45,876 nt of DNA. It comes from Chiloscyllium plagiosum (taxonomy: Eukaryota). Positions 35,477 through 45,876 of this stretch are shown here, one piece after another. The notes under the pieces were generated by a model. That model saw only the letters and a list, made by a program, of their open reading frames with translations, made no database searches and was not told where the DNA came from. The translations under genes and the position numbers were made by a program. The number at the start of each line of letters is the position of its first letter. Position 1 is the stretch's first letter. Location: positions 1,193,941 to 1,239,816 of the forward strand of contig NC_057719.1 of assembly GCF_004010195.1 (NCBI RefSeq), written 5' to 3'.

Positions 35477-37259
35477 AGGAGTAGGGAACACTGGATGACT
35501 AGAGATAATGGGGCTGTGGTCAACAAAAGGAACAGGTATATGTCAGGTATAGATACCTGGGATCAAGTGAAGCCCTTGAGGAATATAAGAGGAGTACAAG
35601 TACACTAAAGAGGGAAATCAAGAGGCAAACATTGGATAACAGATTGCTTTGGTCGATAAGGCAATGGAGAATCCAAAGAGAATTTTCAAATATATTAAAA
35701 GTGTTACTAGGGAGAGAATAAGGACCATTTAAGGTCAATGATGCCATCTATTTGTGGAACCACAGGAGATGGGAGAGATATTAAGTAAGTATTTTGCTTT
35801 GGTATTTACTGTGGAGAAAGACATGGAAACTAGGGAAACTGAAGGAAATAAATTGTGATGTCTTGAAAAGAGTCCTTATTACAGAAGAGGAAGTGCTGGA
35901 GGTGTTAATGCATAAAGGTAGTAAATCCCCAGGACCTGATCAAGTGTCTCCCAGGACATTGTGAGAAGCTAGGGAAGAAATTGTAGGGCCCATAGCAAAG
36001 GTATTTGTATCATTGACAGCTACAGGTGAGGTGGCCAGTATTGTGCCATTATTAAAGAAAGGCAGCGAATATAGATCAGTGAGCCTGACATCAATGATGG
36101 GTACGTTGTTGGAGGGGATTCTGAGGGACAGGATTTACATGCACTTGGAGAGGCAAGGACTGCTTAGGGATAGTCAACATTGCTTTGTGCTTGGGAAATT
36201 GTGTCTTACAAATTGGACGGAGTTTTTTGAGGATGTGACCAACAAGACGGATGAGGATGGAGCAATATACTTTGTCTAAGTGTGCTAGCAAGGTCTTTGA
36301 CAGGGTTCTGCATGGTTGACTGTTTAGTAAGGTTAAATCACATGGGATCCAGGAGGAGCTAGCCAATTGAAGACAAAATTGACTTGACAGTAGGAGACAG
36401 ATGGTTGTGGGTAGTGAGTTGTTTTTGGTCTGGACATCTATGACCAGCCGAATTCCTCAAGGGTCAGAGCTGGACCCACTGTTGTTTGTAATTTATTTAA
36501 ATGGGTGAGAATATAGGAGGCATGGTTAGTAAGCCTTCAGATGACACCAAAATTAGTGGGATAGTGGGCAGTGAAGAAGGTGATCTAAGAGTACAACAGG
36601 ATCTTGATCAGTTGGGCCAATGGGCCAAGGAGTGACAAATGGAATTTAATTTACATAAATGTGCAGTGTTGCATTAAGGTAAGACAAACCAGGTCAGGAC
36701 TTAGACAGTTACTGGTAGGGCCCTGGGGAGTGTTGTTAAACAGAGGGNNNNNNNNNNNNNNNNNNNNNNNNNNNNNNNNNNNNNNNNNNNNNNNNNNNNN
36801 NNNNNNNNNNNNNNNNNNNNNNNNNNNNNNNNNNNNNNNNNNNNNNNNNNNNNNNNNNNNNNNNNNNNNNNNNNNNNNNNNNNNNNNNNNNNNNNNNNNN
36901 NNNNNNNNNNNNNNNNNNNNNNNNNNNNNNNNNNNNNNNNNNNNNNNNNNNNNNNNNNNNNNNNNNNNNNNNNNNNNNNNNNNNNNNNNNNNNNNNNNNN
37001 NNNNNNNNNNNNNNNNNNNNNNNNNNNNNNNNNNNNNNNNNNNNNNNNNNNNNNNNNNNNNNNNNNNNNNNNNNNNNNNNNNNNNNNNNNNNNNNNNNNN
37101 NNNNNNNNNNNNNNNNNNNNNNNNNNNNNNNNNNNNNNNNNNNNNNNNNNNNNNNNNNNNNNNNNNNNNNNNNNNNNNNNNNNNNNNNNNNNNNNNNNNN
37201 NNNNNNNNNNNNNNNNNNNNNNNNNNNNNNNNNNNNNNNNNNNNNNNGATGGGTTTTGC

Positions 37260-37410
37260 CAGCAATCAATTCCGTTGATTCTTAATTCCAGCTTATTACT
37301 GAATCCAAATTCCACCATCTGCTGTGGTGGGATTCGAACCCGGGTCCCCAGAACGTCACCTGGGTCTCTGGCTTAACATTTCAGCAATAACAGCATTAAT
37401 CCATCACTGC
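37260..37410 (-). mobile_element. tRNA-derived SINE head (SacSINE1/Deu-like)
   Basis: Minus strand ggggacccgggttcgaatcccaccacagcagatggtggaattt contains a B box. The family name is from memory. Confidence 0.55.
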
Positions 37411-37456
37411 CTCTCCTGTCCTCTCCCTTGTTTGGTGGCTGGGAACAAAGGATTTA

Positions 37457-38170
37457 AGAGGAGAAAGTGAGGACTGCAGATGCTGGAGATCAGAGCTGAA
37501 AATGTGTTGCTGAAAAAGCGCAGCAGGTCAGGCAGCATCCAAGGAGCAGGAGAATCGACGTTTCGGGCATGGGCCCTTCATTCCTGAAGAANNNNNNNNN
37601 NNNNNNNNNNNNNNNNNNNNNNNNNNNNNNNNNNNNNNNNNNNNNNNNNNNNNNNNNNNNNNNNNNNNNNNNNNNNNNNNNNNNNNNNNNNNNNNNNNNN
37701 NNNNNNNNNNNNNNNNNNNNNNNNNNNNNNNNNNNNNNNNNNNNNNNNNNNNNNNNNNNNNNNNNNNNNNNNNNNNNNNNNNNNNNNNNNNNNNNNNNNN
37801 NNNNNNNNNNNNNNNNNNNNNNNNNNNNNNNNNNNNNNNNNNNNNNNNNNNNNNNNNNNNNNNNNNNNNNNNNNNNNNNNNNNNNNNNNNNNNNNNNNNN
37901 NNNNNNNNNNNNNNNNNNNNNNNNNNNNNNNNNNNNNNNNNNNNNNNNNNNNNNNNNNNNNNNNNNNNNNNNNNNNNNNNNNNNNNNNNNNNNNNNNNNN
38001 NNNNNTCGCATTCCCCACGCCCCTCCCCCAAGTCCCTCCTCCCTACTTTTTATCTAGACGTTTCGGGCATGAGCCCTTCATTCCTGAAGAAGGGCTCATG
38101 TCCGAAACGTCGATTCTCCTGCTCCTTGGATGCTGCCTGACCTGCTGCGCTTTTCCAGCAACACATTTTC
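37457..38170. mobile_element. PLE family A insertion with inverted termini spanning a gap
   Basis: 13-bp TSD aacaaaggattta at 37444-37456 and 38171-38183. Confidence 0.8.
38081..38114 (+). ncRNA. Minimal hammerhead motif (family A), core intact
   Basis: uuc-CUGAAGA-A-GGGC-ucau-GUCC-GAA-ACGU-C|ga. Confidence 0.72.
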
Positions 38171-38679
38171 AACAAAGGATTTACCCAAAGCCAAGTCCTA
38201 TGGTCAGAGGCTGGATGGGCTGAGCCCAGGGCTCCTACATCCCACCGGTCTCTCAGCTGGAGAGCTCAGGGAGATTCCAACACCCAAATCCCATTGTGAA
38301 AGCAGTGAACAACACGTTTTATACAGATCCCTTTCTCTGTAACAGAGACAAAGCCACTTGTCAGAATGCAGCCCATACAGTCCCTAGAGTTTGTGTGTGT
38401 CTCTGATCAGAGTGGCGTCTTGTCAGATACGATCCCAACAAGATGCGTGGAAGATGGGGCTCTAATTGGGGTGATCTGCCACTGAACTGCAGTGTGGTGG
38501 TAGGGGAGAGTTTCGCTGTGAATGAGATTACCTGCACTTTCATTGACGTTAAACAATTGTATTTCCATCACTGGTCCCCTCTATGAAAGGGAAGACATTG
38601 CATTCTCATAGAACCTCAGGATACTTTAAAGTGTTTCACAATCAATTAAATACCTTGCCAGTGATCACTGTAAACACAG

Positions 38680-39345
38680 GAAAGGAGTAGGCTATTTGGC
38701 CCCTCAAGTCTGTTCTTCCATTCAATAGGATCACGGCTGATCTGACATTCCTCACAACCAGGTTCCTGCCCTTGCCCCGTAATCCTCGATTCCCTGAATG
38801 ATCAAAACTCTATTGATCTCAGCCTTAAATATAGACAAGGACTCTGCCCCCACAGCTCTCTCTGCGACATGGAGTTGCAAAGACCTCTGGGAGACAAAAT
38901 TCCTCCTCATCTCCGTCTTAAACTGGAGCCCCTTTATTCTGAGACTGTGCCCTCTGGTCCTAGACTCTCCCATGAGGGGGAACATCCTCTCAGCATTGAC
39001 CCTGTCAAAGCCCCTTTAAGGATTATGTATCCTTCAATAAGGTCACCTTTCATTCTTCCAAACCCCAGGGAGTAGAGTCCCAACCTGTTTAGCCTTTGCT
39101 CATAAGACAATCTGTCCATACCAGAGACCATCCAAGTGAGCCTTCTCTAACCTGCCTCCACTGAAACGATGTCTTTATCTTAAATAAGGGACCAAAACTG
39201 CTCACAGTGCTCCAGATGTGGTCTCCCCAGCCCCTTGTCCGGTTGCAGTAAGACTTCCCTACTCTTAGACTCCAATCCCCTTGGAATAAGGGCCAACATT
39301 CCATTGGCCTTCCTGATTACCTGCTGTACCTGTGTGCTAGCTTTC
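38680..39345 (-). mobile_element. CR1 3' part
   Basis: LSYEQRLNRLGLYSL..KGDLIE and SRTRGHSLRI. Confidence 0.85.
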
Positions 39346-39904
39346 TGTGCTTCAAATCATAGAATTCATACCTGGTGGAAGCTGGCCATTTGAGCTATCC
39401 AATCTGCACCAACCTTCCAAAGAACATTTCACACCCCTACCCTATCCCTCTAAGCCCACATTTACTGCGGCCAATCCACCAAACCTGCACATCTTTGGAC
39501 ATCTTGTATTTCATCCACAAGTTTCCCCCCCGCTCCCTCCCAAGTCCCTTGTGTTGCAGCTTTCTGCAGTTCCTCTCCTTTTAAATATTATGATGCTCTT
39601 TGGTTCTCTATTCCAAAATAATCAGCTTCATATTTTCCAACATAATGCTCCATTTTTGCCCACTTGTGTAACCTATCCACATCTCTCTGTAAACTCTTCA
39701 TCTCCCTCTCTCGCACCTTGCCTTTTCTCCTTTTTATGTGTTGTCTGTAAAATTGTGTACAAGACATTCACTTTCCTCCTCCCAGTTATTAATACTGATT
39801 GTGACCAGTTGCATTCCCAGCACTGATCCCTGTGGAATCATCACTGGTTTGAACCAGCCCTCTGTCCATGCCAATACTCCACGCTGTACAGCTCTCTGAC
39901 TCTA

Positions 39905-40135
39905 AACATCAGAACATGGAGCATAGACCATTACAGCGCAGTACAGGCCCTTCGGCCCTCAATGTTGCGCTGGCCTGTGGAACCAATCTGAAGCCCAGCT
40001 AACCTACACTATTCCATTATCATCCATCTGTCTGTCCAATGAACATTTAAATGCCCTTAAAGTTGGTGGGTCTACTACTGTTGCAGGCAGTGCTTTCCAT
40101 GCCCTTACTGAGTAAAGAAACTACCTCTGACACTA
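39905..40135 (-). mobile_element. CR1-type 3' tail fragment
   Basis: acaggcccttcggccctc...catttaaatgcc resembles the other CR1 ends. Confidence 0.6.
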
Positions 40136-40378
40136 TGAATGTTTGAAGTATCCTTCACCATAAAAACTGTTTAACTCCTTTGCCATTTCCTTGTTCCCCA
40201 AAACTTCTCCCCAAATGCATTATCTAAAAGGCCGACATTAACTTTGATCTTTCTCTTGCTTTCATTAATATTTAAAGGAGCTTCTGTTGTGAGTTTTTAT
40301 ATTCCTTGCTAATTTGCCCTCAACGTTTATTTTCTCTCTCTTTACTATCTGTTTAGTTCTGCTAGATTCTGAATTTAT

Positions 40379-41151
40379 TTACAGACAAAGAAAACTGCAG
40401 ATGCTGGAATCCACAGTAGACAGGCAGGAGGCTGGAGGAACACAGCAAGCCAGGCAGCATCAGGAGGAACAGGCAGGAAGCTAGGGGAACACAGCAAGGC
40501 AGGCAGCATCAGGAGGGACAGGCAGGAGGCAGGAGGCTGGAGGAACACAGCAAGCCAGGCAGCAACAGGAGGGACAGGCAGGAGGCAGGAGGCTGGAGGG
40601 CTGGGAAGGGAGTTGGGGGATGGGAAGGGAGGTTATTTGAAATTGGAAAACTCAATGGGTTCGTCCGGGCTGTAGACCAGTCTGACCTCCCAGTCACCAC
40701 CCATTTTAATTCCCACTCCCATTCCATGACCATCCTTGGCCTCCTCCATTGCTGCAGTGAATCTGACCTCAAATTGGAGGAACAACACCTCATCTTCCGC
40801 CTGGGCAGCTTACAGCCCGGAGGGCTCAACATTGAGTTCTCCAATTTCAAGTAACCTCCCTTCCCAGCCCCTCCCCCTTCCACTCCTCTGACCAACCCTT
40901 CCTTCCAGTCACCAACCGGATTCATTCCTTCCATCAACCAACCAGGTTGTACCCTCTACCTGTCTTCACCTATTCCCCACCTCACCACCCTGGCCCTCTC
41001 CCCATACATTACCCTTCCTTCCTCCCACCCCCTTTATCTGCAGCTCCCTCTACACCCACCCCCAGTACTGAAGAAGGGTTACACCTGAAACATTGACTTC
41101 TCCACCTCCAGATGATGCCTGGCGTGCTGTGTTCTTCCAGCCTCCTGTTTG
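40379..41151. mobile_element. Penelope-like remnant with inverted termini and a degenerate HHR at 41065-41097
   Basis: TSD gattctgaatttat/gattctcaatttat, and KLEEQHLIFRLGSLQPGGLNIEFSNF on the + strand. The left terminus is tandemly reiterated at 40420-40600. Confidence 0.8.
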
Positions 41152-41424
41152 GATTCTCAATTTATCCCAATCCTCAGGGCTATCACTGACTTTTACCTCC
41201 TTAGCTTTTTCTCAACTGAATACTCTCCTTCACTTCCTTGGTTAGCCATGATTGAGTTTACCCCTGTCTTAAAAATTTCCCTCATTCCTGGGAAGTATTT
41301 TTGCTTGAATTACCTCCTTCAATATCTACCACGACTTTGCTACTGTCCTTCCTGCTAATCTATCCACCCAGTTCACTTTAGTTAACTCTACCCTCATCTC
41401 AAAGTAAAACTCCCTTTTCTCAAA

Positions 41425-42980
41425 GAGTCATACAGAAACTGGCCCTTCAGCCCCTCTCCTCCATACTGATCAGGTTTCCTAAACTGAACGAGTCCCATTA
41501 GCCCATATCCCTCTAAACCTTTCCTCTCCATTTCCCTGTCCAACTATCTTTTAAAAGTTGTAATTGTACCAACCTCCATCATTTCCTCTGACAGCTCATT
41601 CCATACACGCACCACCCTCTCTGTGAAAAAGTTGTCCCTTAAGTCTCTTTTGATCTTTCCCTTCTCACCTTAAACTTATGCCTTCTAGTTTTGGACTCCC
41701 CTGCCCTCAAGCAAAGACTTTTACTATTGTTATTATCTCGGCCAATTATGATTTTATAAACCTCTGTAAGGTCAGCCCTCAGCCTCTGGTGCTCCAGGGA
41801 AAACAGCCCCAGCCTATCTAGCCTCTCTTTTAACTCCAGTTTCAGTAACATCCATGTAAATCTTTTTTGCATCTTTTCCAGTTTAGTAACATTCCTCCTA
41901 TCGCAGAGCGACCAGCATTGTACACAGTACCCCCAGTATGGCAACTAGTACTGTGACTGGTGAAAGTGAGCGTGTCAAATACCTTCCTAACCACCCTGTC
42001 TACTAATGATGCCACCTTCAAGTAACCCTGGGTCCCTCTGTTCAACAACACTCCCAAAAATCTTTACCATTAACTGTGTAAGTCCTGCCCGGTTTGACTT
42101 ACCAAAATGCAACACATCACATTTTTAAAAATTAAACTTAAGTTAAACACAGTTGTTTCCCACCCAAGTTTCTCACTCTCAACCTGAATATTAAATGCTA
42201 TTAATTTATGATAACTGCTTCCTAGAGGATCTTTTACTTGGTGGTCATTTGTTCAACCCAACTCATTACCTATTACCAGATCCAGAATCGTGCTTGGCTT
42301 CATGACACATTGCTCTCGGAAACTATCACTAATACACACTTCGATTTCCAGTCTGATTAGCCCAATCAATATGAACACTGAATTGACCCATAATTATTGC
42401 TCTATTCTTTTCACAAGCTCCTATTATTTGATAATTGATATCCTTTCCCACAGAGTGGCTACTGTTTGGGGGTTTTCCTATCACAGCATCCTTTCCTTTG
42501 CTGTTTTGTACCTCTACCCAAACAGACTCCATCATCCAAGCCTAGATCATCTCTCAGAACTGTCCTCATTTCATCTCTTATTATCACTGCTACCCCTCCA
42601 GCCTTTCTATCCTTTCTGGGTCTCTGAAAGGTCACATATCCCTGAATGTTAAGTTCCCAATTTCAATCCCCTTTGTAACCAAGTTTCTGCTATCAGGGAT
42701 TGTATTCATTTATTCCAATTTGCTCCATCAGTTTGTCTACCTTATTCCGAATGTTCCGTGTCATGTGATAGACCTTTCCTCGCCATATACCCACCCAGAT
42801 GCCTTGTAAATGCTGTAATTGTACCAGTCTCCACACTTCCTCTGGCAGCTCATTCCGCACACACACCACCCTCTGCGTGAAAATGTTGCCCCTCAGGTCC
42901 CTTTTAAACCTTTCCCTGTCACCTTAAACCTATGCCCTCTACTTTCTACTGTATAGAAAAGATCTTGGCTATTCACCTTA
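41425..42980 (-). mobile_element. Cluster of CR1 fragments (3' end, EN region, 3' tail)
   Basis: YCVQCWS..KLEKMQKRFT..RLGLFSLE and MESVWVEVQNSKG..PPNS..IIMGQF. Confidence 0.8.
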
Positions 42981-43061
42981 TCCATTCCCCCCCAACAAAG
43001 TCTTTGCTCTGTTATTGAGTTTCCCTGCATTTTTATGTTTTCTTAGTCCAACATAACATTC

Positions 43062-43195
43062 TGGGAGAAAAAGTGGACTGCAGATGCTCGAGATCAGAGT
43101 CAAAATGTGTTGTGCTGGAAAAGCACAGCAGGTCAGGCAGTATCCGAGGAGCAGGAGAGCCAACGTTTCGAGCATTAGCTCATATTCCTGATTAA
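43062..43195 (-). mobile_element. PLE family A terminus with a decayed HHR
   Basis: ggagaaaaagtggactgcagatgctcgagatcagagtc...aacgtttcgagc. Confidence 0.7.
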
Positions 43196-43199
43196 CAGC

Positions 43200-43660
43200 A
43201 GCCAGGACTATCAACCCTGGCCACAGAGAACAGTGTATATTCCCCTGACAATACTATCCCTGATTACAACATCATTTCTCTTGTCTCCCCACATTTTGAA
43301 TGTCTCCCTGTACTGCATTGCTGGGGTCAGTTTGCTCAATCGCCCCACAGGCCCCACTCTCATCCACGCAGGGAGCAAGTATCTCAAACACGTTCGACAA
43401 ATCCAAGGGCTGAGGCTCCTTCAGCAGTGATTCCTCAATCCTTCTACCTGCCTTGCTTGTAGTCACACCCACCAGTCACTGACCATTGATCAGTTTTGAG
43501 GTAGCTAGTCTCAGGGCTATGACTGCCTCCTGAGGCACAGCTTCCAGGTAACTCTCCCCTTCCCTGATGTGGCGCAGTATTTGAAGCTCAGACTCCAGCT
43601 CATCGACTCTGAGCCAGAGTTCCTCAGACAGCCAACACTTGCTCTAGATGTGGTCACTAT
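43200..43660 (-). mobile_element. CR1 ORF1 N-terminal remnant
   Basis: EPQPLDLSNVFEIL resembles the 'L.NRF..L' motif that precedes the SGNH block of CR1 ORF1. Confidence 0.55.
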
Positions 43661-43742
43661 AAACTACATCACGCAGGCACAACACATGGCCTGGTCCTGC
43701 ATCTCTATTAATTTGTTCATTGAACATTTTCTACTGGTCTTT

Positions 43743-44068
43743 TAGATTAGATGAGATTAGATTCCCTACAGTGTGGAAACAGGCCCTTCGGCCAAACAAG
43801 TCCACACCGATCCTCTGAAGAGCAACCCACCCAGACCCATTCCCCTACATTCACCCCTGACTAATGCACCCAACACTACGGGCAATTTTTCATGGCTAAT
43901 TCACCTATCTTTGGACTGTGGGAGGAAACCGGAGCACCCGGAGGAAACCCACACAGGCACGGGGAGAATGTGCAAACTCCACACAGACAGTCGCACGAGG
44001 TGGGAATTGAACCCGGGTCCCTGGCACTGGGAGGCAGCAGTGCTAACCACTGAGCCACTGTGCCGCCC
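43743..44068 (-). mobile_element. HE1-type SINE, full length
   Basis: tRNA-like head with A and B boxes and a (tctaa)n tail. Confidence 0.92.
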
Positions 44069-44069
44069 C

Positions 44070-45876
44070 ATAGAGTTCCAGGGATGTGGAGGAGACGATC
44101 GGCAAAATGATTCTGGGTAGGAGTGAAAGGAACAGGGTGGTCATTATGGGGGCCTTTAACTTCCCCAACATTGACTGGAAATGCTATAACTCTAGTATGT
44201 CGGATGGATCAGTTTTTGTCCAATGTGTGCAGGAGGGTTTCCTGACACAGTATGTTGAAGGGTCGACAAGAGGGGAGGTCACACTGGATCTGGTGCTTGG
44301 TAATGAACCAGGCCAGGTGTTTGATTTAGTGGTAGGTGAACATTTTGGAGAGAGTGACCATAATTCGGTTACGTTTAGTTTCGCGATGGAAAGGGATCGG
44401 TACATTCCACAGGTCAAGAGTTATCGATGGGGCAAGGGCAATTATAATGTGATTAGGCAAGAATTAGGATGCATAGAATGGGGTAGCAAAATGCAGGGGA
44501 TGCAGACAATGGAAATGTGGAGCTGGTTTAAGGAACAGATATTGCGTGTCCTTGATAGGTATGTCCCTGTCAGGCAGGGAGGAAGTGATAAGGTAAGGGA
44601 AGCATGATTTACCACAGAAATTGCATCTCTTGTTATGTGGAAGAGAGAGGCTTATGTGACGCTGAGGTGAGATGGTACAGATGAGGCAATGGAGAGTTAC
44701 AGATCAGCGAGGAAGGATTTAAAGAGAAAGTTAAGAAGAGCAAAGAGAGGACACGAGCAGTCTTTAGCAAATAGAATAAAGGAGAACCCGAAAGCTTTCT
44801 ATACGTATGTGAGGAATAAAAGGATGATTAGGGTAGGAATAGGGCCAGTCAAAGACAGAAGTGGGAAGTTGTGTGTGGACCCTGTGGAGATCGGAGAGGT
44901 GCTAAACGAACATTTCTCATCGGTTTTCACTCAGGAAAAGGAGAATATTGTAGAGGAGAAGAATGAGGTACGAGATATTAGACTAGAAAGGATCGAGGTT
45001 ATTTACAAACAGGTGTTATCAATTCTAGAAGGAGTGAAAGTAGACAAGTCCCCTGGGTCGGATGGGATTTATCTGAAGATTCTCTGGGAAGATAGGGAGG
45101 TAATAGAGCCTTTGGCTTTGATATTTGAGTCGTCATTGTCTACAGGTTTAGCACTAGAGGGCTGGAGGATTGCAAATGTTGTGCCCTTGTTCAAGAAGGG
45201 CAGCAGAGATGACCCAGGTAATTATAGACCAGTGAGCCTTACTACTGTTGTAGGAAAGGTTTTGGAAAGGATTATAAGAGATAAGATTTATAATTATCTA
45301 GCAAACAACAATTTTATTGGAAATAGTCAACATGGTTTCGTCAAGGGTAGGTCGTGTCTCACAAACCTCACTGAGTTTTTTGAGAAGGTGACCAAGCATG
45401 TGGATGAGGGTAAGGCAGTTGACATAGTGTACAAGGACTTCAGTAAAGCCTTTGATAAGCTTCCACATGGTAGGCTGTTGGAGAAAATGCACAGGCATGG
45501 GATTGAGGGTGATTTAGCAGTTTGGATTAGAAACTGGCTTTCTGTAAGAAGGCAGCGAGTGGTGGTTGATGGAAAATATTCAGCCTGGAGTCCAGTTACT
45601 AGTGGTGTGCCACAAGGGTCTGTTTTGGGACCACTGCTATTTGTTGTTTTTATAAATGACTTGGACTCAGGCATAGATGGGTGGGTTAGTAAATTTGCAG
45701 ATGACACTAAAGTCGGTGGAGTAGTGGACAGTTTGGAAGAATGTTACAGGTTGCAGGAGATTTGGATAAACTACAGAATTGGGCTGTGAGGTGGCAAATG
45801 AAGTTCAATGCAGCTAAATGTGAGGTGATGCACTTTGGGAAGAATAACAGGAAGGCAGGGTACTGGGTCAATGGAA
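44070..45876 (+). mobile_element. CR1 ORF2 (EN C-terminus and RT), relatively young, runs off the window
   Basis: MGAFNFPNIDW..SDHN, then a 366-aa ORF with NYRPVSLT, QHGF, DFSKAFD, GVPQGSVLGPLLF and FADDTK. It has few disruptions. Confidence 0.95.

Larger units (their letters stand above)
34170..36747 (+). mobile_element. CR1 ORF2 (EN-RT), decayed, interrupted by a PLE
   Basis: FLKCVQENFLYQYV..REGATLD, IVPLLKKG..YRSVSLTS..SQHCF, PQGSELDPLLF and DDTKI. Confidence 0.88.

Noticed and set aside
38410..38585. Candidate next CCDC170 exon (also checked ~26080, 27065-27256 and ~32650)
   Set aside because: No frame resembles the expected 'Y.KFL.QL...MKL' coiled-coil segment, and the splice sites are unconvincing.
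44689..45789. Domesticated or active RT gene
   Set aside because: It is an ordinary CR1 ORF2 with upstream stops and a terminal frameshift.

Overview
This is repeat-dense vertebrate DNA, most likely intronic sequence from an elasmobranch (shark or ray), judged by HE1-type tRNA SINEs with (TCTAA)n tails and abundant CR1 LINEs. It has five N gaps. The only host-gene signal is two phase-0 coding exons on the + strand (16762-17079 and 19084-19284) of a CCDC170-like coiled-coil protein. The rest is nested retroelements: CR1, RTE, a 5'-inverted Tx1/L1-clade element with a 16-bp target-site duplication (TSD), SINEs, a probable solo LTR, minisatellites and many Penelope-like elements (PLEs; RT plus GIY-YIG). 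The most interesting signal is about 20 intact or decayed minimal hammerhead-ribozyme (HHR) motifs (CUGANGA-N-stem II-GAA-palindrome-H) from 4-5 PLE families, each with a different but pairing stem II. They include a ~180-bp TSD-flanked palindromic mini-element that is little more than a ribozyme between inverted ends. Several inversion or duplication breakpoints fall on or next to the predicted self-cleavage site. Family names come from motif recognition, not database searches, and repeat boundaries are approximate.
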